A stretch of 64,000 nucleotides of DNA from Podarcis filfolensis (taxonomy: Eukaryota), in the NCBI GenBank assembly GCA_964270895.1, contig OZ185435.1; one strand, written 5' to 3'. Within the stretch, counting starts at the first letter, position 1; every line of letters begins with the position of its first letter. The notes under the pieces are model-generated. The model was given only the letters and a program-made list of their open reading frames with translations. It made no database searches and was not told where the DNA came from. Both the position numbers and the translations under genes were made by a program. Positions 13,987 through 27,690 of this stretch are shown one piece after another.

Positions 13987-16574
13987 CCCCCCCCCCCCAA
14001 TAACCTCTAGGTACACCTGACATCTGAGATAAAACAAGTGATATTTGAGATCAGTGGCAGGTAGAGAGAAAATCTCTTCAGTGGTGATACTCAATTTTTT
14101 TTTGAATTCTATATGCAGGGAGCCTCACTGGGTGCCAACATTGTGATCAGCCAAATACGTTTCTGTTCTCCCAGTTTAAACACTTTAAAAATGTTGTTGT
14201 TGTGTTTTTAAAACAACACACTGTTATCTTGTGTATTTTTATCTTGTTTTTAAATTATTCATCTACTGCAAATGTATATTTAAGAAAAAGGAAGGGAAAC
14301 AACAACAGCAGCAGCAGCAAAAATAAAAAGTGGGGGTTGTAAACAGTCTTGGAAGCTTTGCTGAAGTTCTGTATATGAATCGGAGTTGGATATCATTTTG
14401 GGGGAAAGGGCTCCATAACCTGGTGGAGAGCTGCTGGGCCGGGCATATTCCAAAAGTGGGTAAGTGAAACCCACACCCAATGACACATCCTTTATGCACA
14501 CATTCATCCCCCCCCCCACTTATAAACAGTTTTTTCCCATGGAAACTGAAGCATATAGTTAATTTTCACCTTTTATTTTCTCCACAAACTTTTTCCTACA
14601 AAGTTTGTAGGGGGAAGTGGGAGGGGGAGCTCTCCAAGCATGCAAACAAAACAAAACCCCACCCTTCTATAATCCCAGCAGAATATTGCTAACAGCACCA
14701 GTGGACAGCTAAACTGGATGCCCTGCCTTGCAAAGGGTCAAACCTTCAAACTTCAAAGAACTGCACACAAGCAACTGCAAAATGCAGGCACACTTTCTGC
14801 ACATTTACAAGCACTACGAATCTACCACCCTACTGAGGCATTTTCCTTTTGTGTTGATCTGCTTTTCAGAAGATCTTGCACTTTGCACAACATCAAAGCC
14901 CTTTCTCTTCTCAGCTGCTTCCTGCTGAACTGCTGGTGCGTGGGAAAGTACCTCTGGGGTGAATGAAACCCAACGATGGGCCGTGTCTGACCCACAGGCT
15001 GAGGGCTCTTTACCCCTCACATAAATATTAGGGGGGCAGACTTGAGACAGTTACAGAAAGTATGGTATTCATAGTGCCTACATCACTGCCCCAGGATTAT
15101 CTGTATCATGCAACTGTCAGGTATTTCAATTTGTCTGTGTCTAAAATACAGATGAAACATTCTGGTCACCCAGGTAAGTAACCCAGATAAGGCTGGAAAG
15201 TATATCTTGAGAATTAACTTTGCTAAGAATGATAATTGATATTATGTGCATTCTCCACTACGTGAAGAACCAGATATTGATTTATCATTTCCTCTTTCAT
15301 TGTTTAATGGCAACAAGCAACCAGAAACACATTAAAGCCAATTTGTTCTTACTATCGCAATGTATTTTTTTGTTCAGCTGTAGAGGATGGAGTCAAGCCT
15401 CATCAGATTTACATCAAAGCATTTTAGCCTGTAGCTGTACCCATGCAAATTCCATAAACAGGCATATTTTTTTACCTGGTGCTCCAAGACTGAAAAAGTG
15501 AATATGATTCATGACAAATGAAACAATCTGTTTCAATATAGACTGCAATAAGAGGGGTTGTACAGGATTTCAATTTTTTTTTATTCATTTACACTGATAA
15601 AAGTAGCACAGAGAATTGACTTTTTAACTGGCCATTTAAAATCACGCTCTTGGAAGAAAGCCTCTTTAAGTAGTAACAGAAGTTCATTCGCAACACTTTT
15701 CATATACTGCTAGGCATAGTTTGTCAATATTTTTCCCCAGATGGATATAGATCAGGTGGATATAGAGCTGTGACTGATCCTGCACTGAAGCTGCTGAGCA
15801 TGCTCAGTGGTATCTAAGACTGCCTGCTCCTGTAGCCCTGAAACATCTGCACTGAAACAAGAGAAAAGGGAAATACAGGGGTTCCACTGGGCAGTCTCTC
15901 TGCAATCAAGACCACACTGAAAAATATCTGTTTAAAATAAGTTGGGTCCTTAAAGTGGCCCAACTGAACTAAGGGGTGTTTTATTGTATGATTAGGCCAC
16001 TTGAAATCTAACAATTCATCCAACTGTTGGCCTTGCCCTCACTAGCCAGCCAATCCTGGTCCTCAAAGAATGAAACTTTTTTGGGATTCAGAATAGGGAA
16101 GTGGGTCAACAGCTTGTCCTTCAATAGGAAAGGCTTGTCTGGATCTCTCTCAGTTCCCTACATGCTTCTTTGAAATATAGGAAGATACTTAGAGCTAGGG
16201 TGGCCAGATCAAAAGAGGCCAGGGCTCCTGCGGTATTTAATAGTTGTGGAGAAGAGGGAATTTCTGCTGGCATGAACTCCCACTGTCCCCAGTGAAAATC
16301 TCAGCAGCTGGGGATGATGGGAGTTGTAGTTCAGTCCCCATGATCCCAGATGGGTGGAGATGCTGCATGGGTCAATATGCTTCATGTGTCTTCTCCTGTT
16401 TTGAAAGAAGAATATGGGGTAAGCAGGGAGGTCCTCCTGCATCCAAGGAAGAGCTGCTGTGCTGCCATCTCTTGCTTCCCTGTCCTGCACCCCATGGGAA
16501 GCTTTTCTCTCCTAGGGACCAGGATGAGCTGGTGGGTGAGGATATAGGACAAGAATCGCTCGTACTCAGGTCCT

Positions 16575-16672
16575 ACACTTTTGGGCTTCCAACAGCTATC
16601 TGGTTGGCCACTATAAGAATGTGATGTTGGGCTAGATGGGTGTTTAGTCTGTTGCAGGACTCTTATGTTTTT
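16575..16672 (+). mobile_element. CR1-type 3' end fragment
   Basis: tctggttggccactataagaatgtgatgttgggctagatggg...ctcttatgtttt is similar to the 44130-44308 copy. Confidence 0.5.
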
Positions 16673-16853
16673 AATGTGGTATGGACTGTGCTATCCACTG
16701 CTTGCATAAATTCAGCTGGAGCATGACTTATCTGAACTGGTCAATAGTTTATAGGCAGGCGCATGACTGCTTGGAAGAAATCTGATTATAAGATATTCAA
16801 GTGTGTTTGTTTGAACTTATGGTATGAATGGCCTATTAATATTTTTTATATTA

Positions 16854-17095
16854 CAGTGGTACCTTGGTTCTCAAACTTAATCCATTCCGGGAGTCCATTC
16901 GACTCCTGGAACCATTCAAAAACCAAGGCGTGGCTTCCGGTTGTCTGCAGGAGCTTCCTGCACTCAAGCAGAAGCTGTGTTGGATGTTCAGCTTCCGAGA
17001 AACATTCGCAAACCAGAACACTTACTTCCGAGTTTGCAGCATTCAGGAGCCGATTTGTTCGACAACTAAGCTGTTTGAGAACCAAGGTACCACTG
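16854..17095. mobile_element. Tc1/mariner (Tigger/pogo-like) MITE
   Basis: 23-bp perfect TIR CAGTGGTACCTTGGTTCTCAAAC, flanked by TA on both sides (16852-53 and 17096-97). Length 242 bp. Confidence 0.92.
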
Positions 17096-17624
17096 TATAA
17101 GCATTAAACAAAGTTGTGGCCAGAACTGGCTCTTACTACTAGGTTATTTCTACCGTTCTGGTAATAAAGGACAATCTCTATTTGAAGACTTCAAATAATG
17201 TTGCAACAAAGCAGTTTGGAATTATAGAATGGATGAAACTCTTCAAAAAATTGTTGTTAACATAAAACATTAGCAATTCTTTCATCGCTTGGAAAACTTC
17301 CACTACATTTGCACATTCCCAGGGAGCTTCTCTGTACTCTGCAGCACAGGAAAAAGCTTTGGGTACATTTGAATAACTTTCAATCAGACATAAAACTGTG
17401 ACGAGCAGCTAAAAAAAGTGATGAGCAACTAATGAAGTGCTGCTTACTGTACCAAAAAGGGGGGGGGGTTTTCCTGCTTTACATAAAACTGACAGGATAA
17501 GAGGGCTTTAACTTTCACTGTGCAACAAAGGAGTAGTAAATAGATAAAGTGAAAGGATCACGGGTAAACACACTGACTGCATTATAGCTGACTTGCAGGG
17601 GTGGCTCTACCAGATGCCTTAGGC

Positions 17625-18067
17625 CAGAGGTTTTCAACCTTTCTGAGTCCACGACTCCCTTGATCAACTCCCTTCTTTCTGCAGCACCCCTGTGGGGCTC
17701 AGGAGCCCAGTTATGTCACCTGTTGCCTGCAGAGCTGGCAGCCCCTCACCCCTTTCTGAATACCGTCCCTTGTGGAGGGTTCCCTCAGCCTCCTCTTCCC
17801 TCTCCTGGGGAGTCTCCTTGGGAGCTGCCTCATCACACTGCCCCACAGGGAACTGGGAAGCACCCTTAGGCCAGCCCCAGAGGCACCATTTGACTGAGGA
17901 ACTTGTAGCCAGGGCTACTGCAACAAACAGCTATGCAAACCTTTGGTAGGCAGAGACATGAGAAGGCATCTGAGGAGAGAGGGAAGGAAAGAGGGACAGA
18001 GGCCAGTGTTGCCTGTGGCACCCCTCAAGGCACCCCAGGGTGCCACAGCAGGGACTGAAAACCACTG
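17625..18067. mobile_element. Older hAT-type non-autonomous element
   Basis: Termini are CAGAGGTTTTCAA...TGAAAACCACTG. The flanking 8-mers CCTTAGGC and CCTTGGAC match at 6/8 positions. The interior is GC-rich. Confidence 0.6.
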
Positions 18068-18507
18068 CCTTGGACAGTTGATGCTGGAAGGAGGGAGTGG
18101 CAGAGAGATGTTGGAGGACAGAGCTATATGGGCCGAGTAGTACATAACCTGGGTTCCATAAGCCAGCCCGAGGCCATCAGGTGCAGTGGGGGCAGCCCAC
18201 ATTGAAGTAAGACTCAACTGGCAGTCTGGCCACCTTCTGTACATGGAATGACAGGAGGTGCCATCTTGTCCTTTGCCTAAGGTAGCAAAATGTCTTGGAG
18301 CAGCCTTGATGATTCAGAATCTGATGCAGAGTAAGTATCACAAAGCCATACTTGCCACTGAAGTTTGTAAAGACAGAGGTAAATCTGAGCTCTTCTGGCA
18401 GCCCTTAGAATATCACATTTTAGACATATCTTCTTGTTATGCCTCTTTAGTAGCCATGTCAATAATCTTTGTGGTACATCTGAACTGCAGACAGGGGCAT
18501 CAATGTT

Positions 18508-18554
18508 TGTGTGTGTGTGTGTGCGCGTGCGCGTGCATGCGCGCACACACACAT
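18508..18554. repeat. 47-nt perfectly alternating purine/pyrimidine tract (TG)n-CG-(CA)n
   Basis: tgtgtgtgtgtgtgtgcgcgtgcgcgtgcatgcgcgcacacacacat, with 14-bp inverted arms at 18514-18527 and 18540-18553. Confidence 0.9.
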
Positions 18555-21500
18555 TTTTTAAAATTAATGCCAAGGTTGCATTTGGGTGCCCTTATGCTAC
18601 AAATGGGGATATTACCTCAGAGCATTATAAACAACTTCCCCCAGTTTAAGAGGGCGTTGTCATAACTGAACCCTTTGATACTCTAAAAAGTGACCTGGAG
18701 ATGGAAGAAGATACCTTGGAAACAGGGCATTTCTTCAGATTGCCCAAGTTATAATCTGAAGGAGCCTACATAGGGCTGTTGAGAACTGTGAACTAATCTA
18801 GGGTAGGTTGATTTGCTTGCTTTATTTTTTATTTTTTACAATAACTTGTTTGTTAAAACAATGCTGTTACACATCTGAATATATGAGGCCTTGGGTTAAG
18901 GATGCTCAGTTATGGAAGTTCATGGGCCTTAGCTATTTGAGGAAATGGACAGATCTCTACTGTAACTCCATAACCACACCTCTTGCATGTGAAATTTGGA
19001 CCCCCCTCCCTGTCACCATATGAACCCCACAACTTCTTTCTCCTCTGCAAGTCCTTGTCTAAGATGGAAGGGAGCATTCCTAGGGCCATTAAAAAATGAT
19101 GTTCTTATAACTTATCACGATCTTCAGGTTACCATGTCAAATGATCTAAGCAACTGCAACAAATGAAGAAGAGACATCAGTCCTTGATTTTATGACAACA
19201 GTGTTTTCCAAGTCTGACTGGATTGACAGAACGTCATTTAGCCATTTGCAATCAAATCACCATGTCATCCAATAACTCAGCAATATAATGGGCTCAAAGA
19301 AACCAATGAGCACATAAATAAATTTGTGTCTTAAAAAATTTATTCCAATTATTGTCCAGTTGAGCACAGCCTGTTTGGACATGCTGTCTGCTGCATTCAA
19401 CAAACACAGCACTAGATTAAAGATTAGTAATAAAAAAATTAAATAAATTGCTACATTGTGTTCTGAAGAAACAGATGCTAAAAGAGATCAATCATTACCA
19501 GGAGAGCAAATCTTATCCAATTTTCATGGTACAAAAACAAAAATCAATTGGTTTCAGATTTATCAGAGTTGACATTTCTTCACAAATCACAAGATTATGC
19601 AGTAGGCATTCTGTTCCTAACAGAATTTGGAAATGTTAAAAATCCACAGTTTCCTAAATCCAAAGGTCCTATTACTTGCTAATCTGGACCCTGCAGAACC
19701 ACTGACCACAGAAACTGTTAAGTACACAGTATGGATGGATCAAAAGTTCAACACTGCACCACTTAAGTGCAAGCTGCTTGAAACTTTGTGCTAGATTTCA
19801 CCGATTGCTATGTGAGACCTTGCCATCTTGAATGAAAATATGATTAGGAGGAAACACCATGATGACAATGTGTGGATGGTGGGTGGTGTGGGTGTGTATG
19901 GTAAGGCCAGAGGGGGGACATAACTGCAGAGTCAGGGCCAGTGGTCTCAGCCTTCCCTCTTCTTCCATGCAATGTATATTGCCTGGAGAATTGTTTCCAA
20001 GCATGACTAAAAACCAAACCCCTTTCAAGCAAAATGCTATCCATTGATTGCTTATGATAATGCTAGCTCGAGATATTTTGCTATCTGAAGCAGAACCCTA
20101 ATGGTGCCTTCCAGCAAGGGCAACACTTTTAAAAGTCTCATGGCATCACTCAGGAACCAAATCCTACCATTAACTATATCCCGTAGCTGCACCCCCCTCT
20201 GAAGTACATCACTTTGCCTTGAGGCAAGGCAGCACTGATCCTTTGTAGAAGTCAACCCTGTTGTCCTGAAACCTTCTTTGGATGGACCTGCCTGTTGCAT
20301 AACTGCATGCCCTTAACATTTTTCATCCATGTCTATTTTGTCTGTCTGTAACTTTGCTCTTCCATTGTATTTCCCTCTTTTAAATAGTTTTTAAAAAACT
20401 CTTATTTTAAGAATTTTGCAGACTTCTAATAAAAATATATTTTTTAAGCGACAGATGCTTTAAAAAGGGGGAAAAAGAAAGGGATTGCTGTAGCTGTCCC
20501 GAATCCTTAATTCTGTACCATTAAAAACTGCTCTGAAATGTTTGTCAGTGATTTGATGGGAACTGGTGGTCTCAACCCTAAGAACTCACTTTCTTCTCCA
20601 ACTTAATTTTTGTCATCTCCAAGCAATCAGAACTGATGAGCAACAATCTACAGAAGGCCACACCAACTAAATCAGAGTAGCAGAGCTACTTTTTTTTTGT
20701 ATTTTCATCATACGCCGGATAAAATCCTAGAAGCAGATCCTTTTCTCTTCTTTAACCTGTTGCTATAGAAACTTTTTATTCATCAAATATCTTGATTGGA
20801 AAGAAAACATGCATGGGTGTTGAGTCAGTCAAAACCAATTTTTAGAAGCCAGGATTTTTTTGCGCCTGTGAGCATAAATATCATCAGGCTGAGAAAAACA
20901 AGGCACCAAGCCAATTTGCTGCTTATTGTGAGGCTGAGAAAGACCTCCTCCCTTCAAGAAGAAACTATGAAACTGTAAGGCATTCCTTCACAATTGCTAG
21001 GAGCAACTGTTGTGTTTGTAATCATTGCTGATGCTATAGTACCATCCTGCATGGAAAACGCACGTTCTTTTTTTCCACAAGAAGTGGATTAAAAAAAACC
21101 CAAAACCACAGGCAAGAACACACATAACAAGACAAGAATAATACTTATTAAGAAAAGAATGGAGAACCAGATATTGCTGGACTACCAACTTCCATCATCC
21201 TTGACCATTATCCATGCTGGTTGGGGCTGATTGAATTTGGAACTGTACATTTGGAAGTCCATTTTCCCCATCACTGAATAAAGTGGAAATAAAATTCACT
21301 TATAATAGTCCTTAGTATACAGTGTAGGGCAGTTAGAATAGTGGCAAAATAGAAGTAAAACAGTCTGAGGAGTTGTTCACAAAATATTGAGAGTGTTTAG
21401 ATGGGTAGATTATGCAGCCCAACTTAGATAGCACATATTTTTGGATACTACCATATCGCCAAGGAATAAGGAACATACTATACTAGCACACATTTTAATA

Positions 21501-23204
21501 AAAAATAAGTTAAAATAAGTGTCTTTGTGTGCTTGAGCTCAGGCACAGATTATCTCAGCAAAAAGATGACTGAAGACCCGGTTCTTTGCCATGCGAGTTT
21601 GCTGTGTGCTAGACCTGGCTTTTAAAACACCATTTGTCCAGTTAGCAGTGATGAACAAGAACTGATCCAAAGCACAAATGTCTAACAATGGCAGTCTAGA
21701 CATACAAGTGACCTATATTGCCTGGGGGTTAACGGCATGGATTCTGTAGCCAGAACCTACAAAGACTGACTCCTGACTACATGGCTCAGTCATTTAAAAA
21801 AATGTCAGGGAAAATAGGCAGCGCCACCTCAAAACAAATGAAAACTCTCAAAGAAGTGAACCTCACAAGTGCCCAAAAAATTGTGTAGCTTATTCATAGA
21901 TTGTTCTCCCAAAGGGCAAAGAAACTCCTTCACAGGCGACAATAAATAACTACTGTCCTTGATGAAGACTTGTACTTGAAACACATCCAGCATAACAACA
22001 GAAAGTTGCAGCGCTTTTGTAAATAAAATACACTATTTCTATGCTACTTTTGCCTGCCTCTTTTTTTCTTTTTCAGTTTCTTTTAAATATTATCCCAGCT
22101 GTATAGATGTAGTGCTTGGGGGTGAAAGCAGCTCACATCTGGCAAGGATAACATTTGAATAGCCCCTGATTGTTAGGAGTTCTCCAGGAGCAATGATTGT
22201 AATTAGTGTGTTAGATTCAAGAGAGAATCCTACTCACAGGCTGCAGGTAGTTTGTTTTCCCTCATATTATATCAGCATCCCCAGGTGAGACTAAGGCTTG
22301 AAGATGCAGGACTGACCAGCTTCTGCACTTGCTGCTTTCTACACTTGATGCAATATGGACTGCAGCCACTCAGAGAATCCACCTTGAGTTTTATAGTAGC
22401 CATCAAAGCTTTTCTGCACTTGGAGAAGTTACTGGAGACCTCATTAAAACTATAAAGAGGTTAAGAAACTATAAAGAGGTTAGACAAGTAAGATCTGTCT
22501 CAGATGTTACAGAAAAGTAAAGAAAAAAGACATACATGTCACCAAGAGCACCCATGTAATGGCAACAGGTTATGCCTTTTATTCTCTGGAAGATGACTTC
22601 CTTCTTCAGATGTGGCAGATGAAGCATAAAAAGCAGATGTCCTAAGTCCTATTCGGTCTTTCTGCAAATGGCTTAGGTAAACACATGAAGAGGGGAGAGA
22701 CTGCACAACCACACAAAAATCATTTCCCTGTTACTAAACAGCACCTCACCTACAATGCAGGCATGGTGTTTACACCTGGCTGTTCCTCTGGTTTACTAGC
22801 AACAGAAAAACTGCACCTCCTCATTTAACCACCCAGCATTCAATATCAGCTTGCAAGTGCCATGCCTTTGTATTTTCATGCCTTGTGTTATACTTGCTTT
22901 ATCTCCTGTTTGCCACTTTCCCATTGTTTTGTTGACAACTATTTTGGTAAATAATACATGCTCTTATCCCAAATGCATTATCATCTGACATATTTCCATG
23001 AATGTCTCAAAATGCACTGTTTGCATGCTTACTACTGAATAAGAGCAGAGTAAGAGCAGAATACATAGAGTTGCAGCCCTGTGTATTAACAGAGTCATCC
23101 TTTCAAAAACAAACAAAGAAACCACTGACATCAACAGGCTTAAGTTAACCATGATTTCAATTGGATTTTCCCTCTGAGTGTGACTTAGCCTGATGCAACC
23201 CAAA

Positions 23205-23296
23205 GAGAGCTGTTGCAGAGTAGTGGCTAAGAGAAATTCTCTGGTTCAAACTTCACTTCTGCCATGAAATCACTAGGCAGACCTAAGCAAGCCATG

Positions 23297-23327
<31 letters not shown>

Positions 23328-23400
23328 CCCCTCAGTCTCTCCCCAACCTCCAACCTTTAACAAGTTAGGCAGTAATACTAACTTGGTTTTTTGTTAGGAT
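23205..23400 (+). mobile_element. Degraded MIR/Squam3-like SINE with internal (CT)n
   Basis: tRNA-like head gtagtggctaagag...ctggttcaaacttcacttctgccatgaa, then core-like gacctaagcaagcca. Confidence 0.45.
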
Positions 23401-26236
23401 TGCACACTTTGAACATGTGGTCTAAGGGCCAATGTATCTCCTGGGGAATTTTCTGGGTGCTGCATTTCAGTGGTGGGTGGAGCCAGAGGGGAGAGTGGGT
23501 GGCCTAGGGAGAGTTTTGAGAGCGAGCGAGCGAGCTAGTCCTGAAGGGCTACATTTGGAACCTGGACCTGATGTTCCTTACTCCTACTTTAAATGTCAGA
23601 TAAATGTTAATTATCATTATTTACTTAGAAATAAACTCCACTTAATGTGTTGGGATGTAGCTCCAAGTAAGCATGGGCAAGATCACAAATGCAAGTTCTT
23701 TGTCTACATTATGTCTATACAATACACATATATAGGCAGGGTTATAGGCAGTGGTACTTATAACTGCAAACAAAATCTTTTAAAGCATATGTGCATTATC
23801 TACAACTATTTAACTGCAAAACAATATGTGAGTCTTCAGCAGGTAGTGTGAGTCCTGAGCTTCATTTTTAGCATAGAAAGACCCTAGGGTGAATACACTT
23901 AATAACTGTGAAGAAGCCCTTATTTTGTGATTTGTATTATAGTAGTGCCCAAAGGACCTTCCTGCATTGGTTCATCATGCACAAGCACACAATCTGTTCC
24001 CCCAAAGAATATCCTGGCTAAATTAAAACAAGCAGGGATGTGTGACAATTTATCATAATAAGAACTATGCCAGAGTAATTTAATCATGCATTTTCATAAG
24101 CTAACGCCACAGACAATACATTACTTCCAAATGACTTTAAACGTATCAGCAACTTTCATGTGCCAGACAACCCGACTGCCATGATATGCAGCTTAAAAAG
24201 TAAAATAAAAAGTTTGGTAGAATGAAGTTTGAAGTAGTTCCATTTTATGTATATAGGTTGGTAGCACTGGTTTGGAAGCCACAGTCTGCACCAACTTCCT
24301 AATACAACCATCAGTGGTAAAACTGCATGATTTTCATATGTGTACATGGGTGTACACCTCACCCCTGATACCTCTGCGTACTTGCAGAGGGGCAACGGCA
24401 TGTGTAAAGGAGCCTATAATACATTAGAACAGACTTAGCATAGGCTTCCCCCGAGTGCTCAGAGACCAAGCAAGATCCTTCAACTGCTGCATGAGTTCCT
24501 CCTTCATCTGCTCAAGCACACGCCTGTGTAATGTACAGAGCTCTTCCAATGGTCAGCATAATGTCAAGGATTATTTTCAACTACCTAATCTCTCTGCTCT
24601 CAGTTCAGTGGTAAAGAAAGTATGTAGGAAGTGATGGGAAAGACCCTTGCACAAGACTCTCGGAGTGCAGCTGATTGTCAAAGAAAGCAGTACTTGGCTG
24701 GACAATGGTCTGACTTGGGATAAGTCCGCTTAATAATTGCCAAGATTTGGAATCAAACCTGGAATAGGACTGTAGGGACAGCAATATTAGATAGGTAAAC
24801 AATGCAGTGTTGGGAGCCAGCTCTATTTGTGGTGGCTGCTCTGATACAACTAGAATTCTACTTCAGAAACACATTAGTAGGGCTTATTTTGTTTGTAACC
24901 TCCATGTGATCTTCAGGTGAAGGGTAGTATACAAATTTAATAAGTAAATAATAATAATGATGATAAGGCTTGATGAGGACCTTTCCTACTTGCTCAGGTA
25001 GCAACTGACTGATATCTGAAGGCAGAGGCTTTGTGATGAGGCCCAGAAAGCGGGATTAGGACAGAAGCATTGCATCCCATTGTCGATGTTAAGCTGCTCT
25101 TGATATGCTCAGTGCCAATATAGCAACACTTTTATTAGTCTCTCCCTGGCACTACACAAACTGGTCCCTCCACCTGCTCCACTCACTCCTCTGTGATGGA
25201 CCTAGTTCTAACAGCCCATAGATGAGAAGCCTGTGCTTGAATTTTACTCAGAGTGTAGTTAGGAGCTCAGATGATTGAATGTTTGTCTCCACATAAATGT
25301 CAGGGAGAAGGATAAGCCAGCACACCTTTCCTTGACATCTAGTTTTACATATAAAATATAAAAACTCAGCATAATGCATCCAAGATTTACATCTCCATCT
25401 CCTGTTTAAGTACTAGTCCACCCACAGTGATTAAGGAACTGCAGCAGACACCCTTGCCCAGACAGTGACTCTGTGTCAGAGCTGAAGCAGGAATTCTGCA
25501 ATCTTCTGCATCATCCATAATTATCACCTACCCACATTGGCCTGGATCATTAACCAGTGGTGAAGAGTCTAAGGTGAAATAGCCTAAGATAGAAAAACTT
25601 ATAAGTGGCTACCCCTGCAAGGAGTGATTAGAGTGAAACCCTCAAACTAAGTGACAGGAGCAGTTTTAAGGTCTTCACTTACATTTGGATGGCAAAAATT
25701 AGTATGCGATACAAGTGGCATGCACTGCACCACACTTGACGGCTGATTTTCAGTTGTAGAAGGGATCTCAAGTTTTGTTTCTTTAAATCTGAGCTAATAT
25801 TTATCTACAGTAGGGTTTCCAGATTTTCAGAAAACAATTCCTGGGGGGGGGGGGGATATCCGCAGTGAAGAAAATTACTTGAGTGATATATGTGCCTCTT
25901 TTTATATCAGTCATTAAAAAGGTGACAATAATATGCCATTGGTGCAACATGCAATTTTATAATCACATGGAGCAATGACATCTTTTGTGCCTCTCACCCT
26001 CCCTCTAGAAAGTCTACCTGTGATCACTTCTACAGGGGCATAATCAGCCTTCTCCCCTCTCAGGCACATCCTGACTCATTCACATGGACACCAAAATCTC
26101 AAAATCTTGAATAAAATGTTCCTGACACAACACACATATTACACTACCACAAACCATGCATCCTGCATATGTGCCCTTGAATGGTTTTCATGCCCTCATT
26201 ACCATACCCTGCAAGTATCCCAGAAAAACCGGGGCA

Positions 26237-26484
26237 TCCTGTTTTTTCTCATGAGAGGATGGCAGCCATTTTGGGCACCATGATCTCGTACGATTTCACA
26301 CCACAACCCTCCCTCCCAAAAAACTATTTTTTTTTCAGAGCTGCGAGCTCAGGTGGTGCCCCCCCAAACACATGTTTTTTAAATGCTGTGCCCAAATAAA
26401 TCACTTGGGGAAAAATAGGGTGTGAAATGGTGTGAGATCACAATGCCCAACATGGCTGCCATCCTCTTGTAAGAAAAAATGGGA
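26237..26484. repeat. Long inverted repeat (fold-back element), 66-bp arms
   Basis: Arms 26237-26302 and 26419-26484 are reverse complements with 12 mismatches, 10 of them transitions. The spacer is 116 bp. Confidence 0.88.
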
Positions 26485-27690
26485 AAATGGCATCCTGGTT
26501 TTTGCCTTTGATGTGTTGGAGGATATGTACTAGGTCATAATTCCCCAGCAATTCTCTCTGTTACCAAAAGGCTAGGTTAGACACATACACACAACCTTCT
26601 AGTTGCTCCTGCCTTTCACCAAGGATTCAGCCCAATCAAGGCGTCAAAATTACTAAGGGGTGCTGTCCTCGCCCTAGTGTCTCTCAAAGAGACTTCTAAA
26701 GGACAAATTCCTTTGGTATCAACCTACTTGTGGTGACCCTGGCAGTAGCAGGCCTGCCACCTTAGGCAGCATTCCTTTTAAGCCCCTGTGGGGCTGATGG
26801 TAAGGTCAGACACAGTGTCTGCTATTGGCAGTCAGTCTTGGCTGGCTCTTCCTGAAAACCAAGCAAATGCACCACTAATAGAGTGTGCTACTCACTTTTT
26901 GCCTGGGTAGATAGTTATAGGCTGTTACAGCAGGGTATGGAATCTAGGGGGCTATCAGTTAAACATTATAGCTCACAAATTCATGATGGAACTCAAGCAC
27001 AACTACCTTTGATAGTTTAATGGGTCAAATGAAATACATTTCGAGCACCTGTGTATATTTAACACACAAGCATATTAAACTGTCCCATAAAAAATAGCTT
27101 CCATTAAATTTATAATAAGTACCATTACACGGAATTAATTACACATCCAGGTTTGAAAATAAGAAACTAAGTTCCTTGATATTGTCAAAATGGTAAAGGC
27201 TGCTCTCCCATCTTCGTGTTTTGCCAGAAATCAGCTCTTTAAAACGTTCAAGGAATAATCCACAAAGCACTAGGGAGTTATGAAATGAATGGTGATGACA
27301 GAGCAAGCTATGTGATTGATGCTGCCCAGAGGGTGCTATCTAGTGCACAATTAGATCCGTTTAAATCTCATCAATGGAACCTTAAATATGCTAGATTGTA
27401 CTCTTAGGGCTTCAGTCATGTTCAGAGTTATGTGTCCCTAGTTCCCATTGTAATCACTAGGACATTTGTGGCTGAAAGCAGCTGTAGGATGGAAGCTTCT
27501 TGCTGCAGTCCTTAACACACTGAGGGAAGTCCAGCTGATCTAAGGTGAACATACTTGAATTCTGTGGAACTCTGTGGAATGCAAATATTCAGCAGGACTG
27601 AGGACTCTTTTCCCTAATGTGCTTGCATTGCTCACACAAGGAGACTTTGAATTGGGGCGGCATTCAGGGACATGATTCCACACCTACATA

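Noticed and set aside
16763-17107. Overlapping ORFs on both strands
   Set aside because: They span a palindromic MITE and show no transposase motifs.
23432-23851. 139-aa ORF (likewise 18258-18665, 16244-16624, 60038-60466)
   Set aside because: There is no recognisable domain and no convincing splice or promoter context. The lengths are within chance expectation for 64 kb read in six frames.
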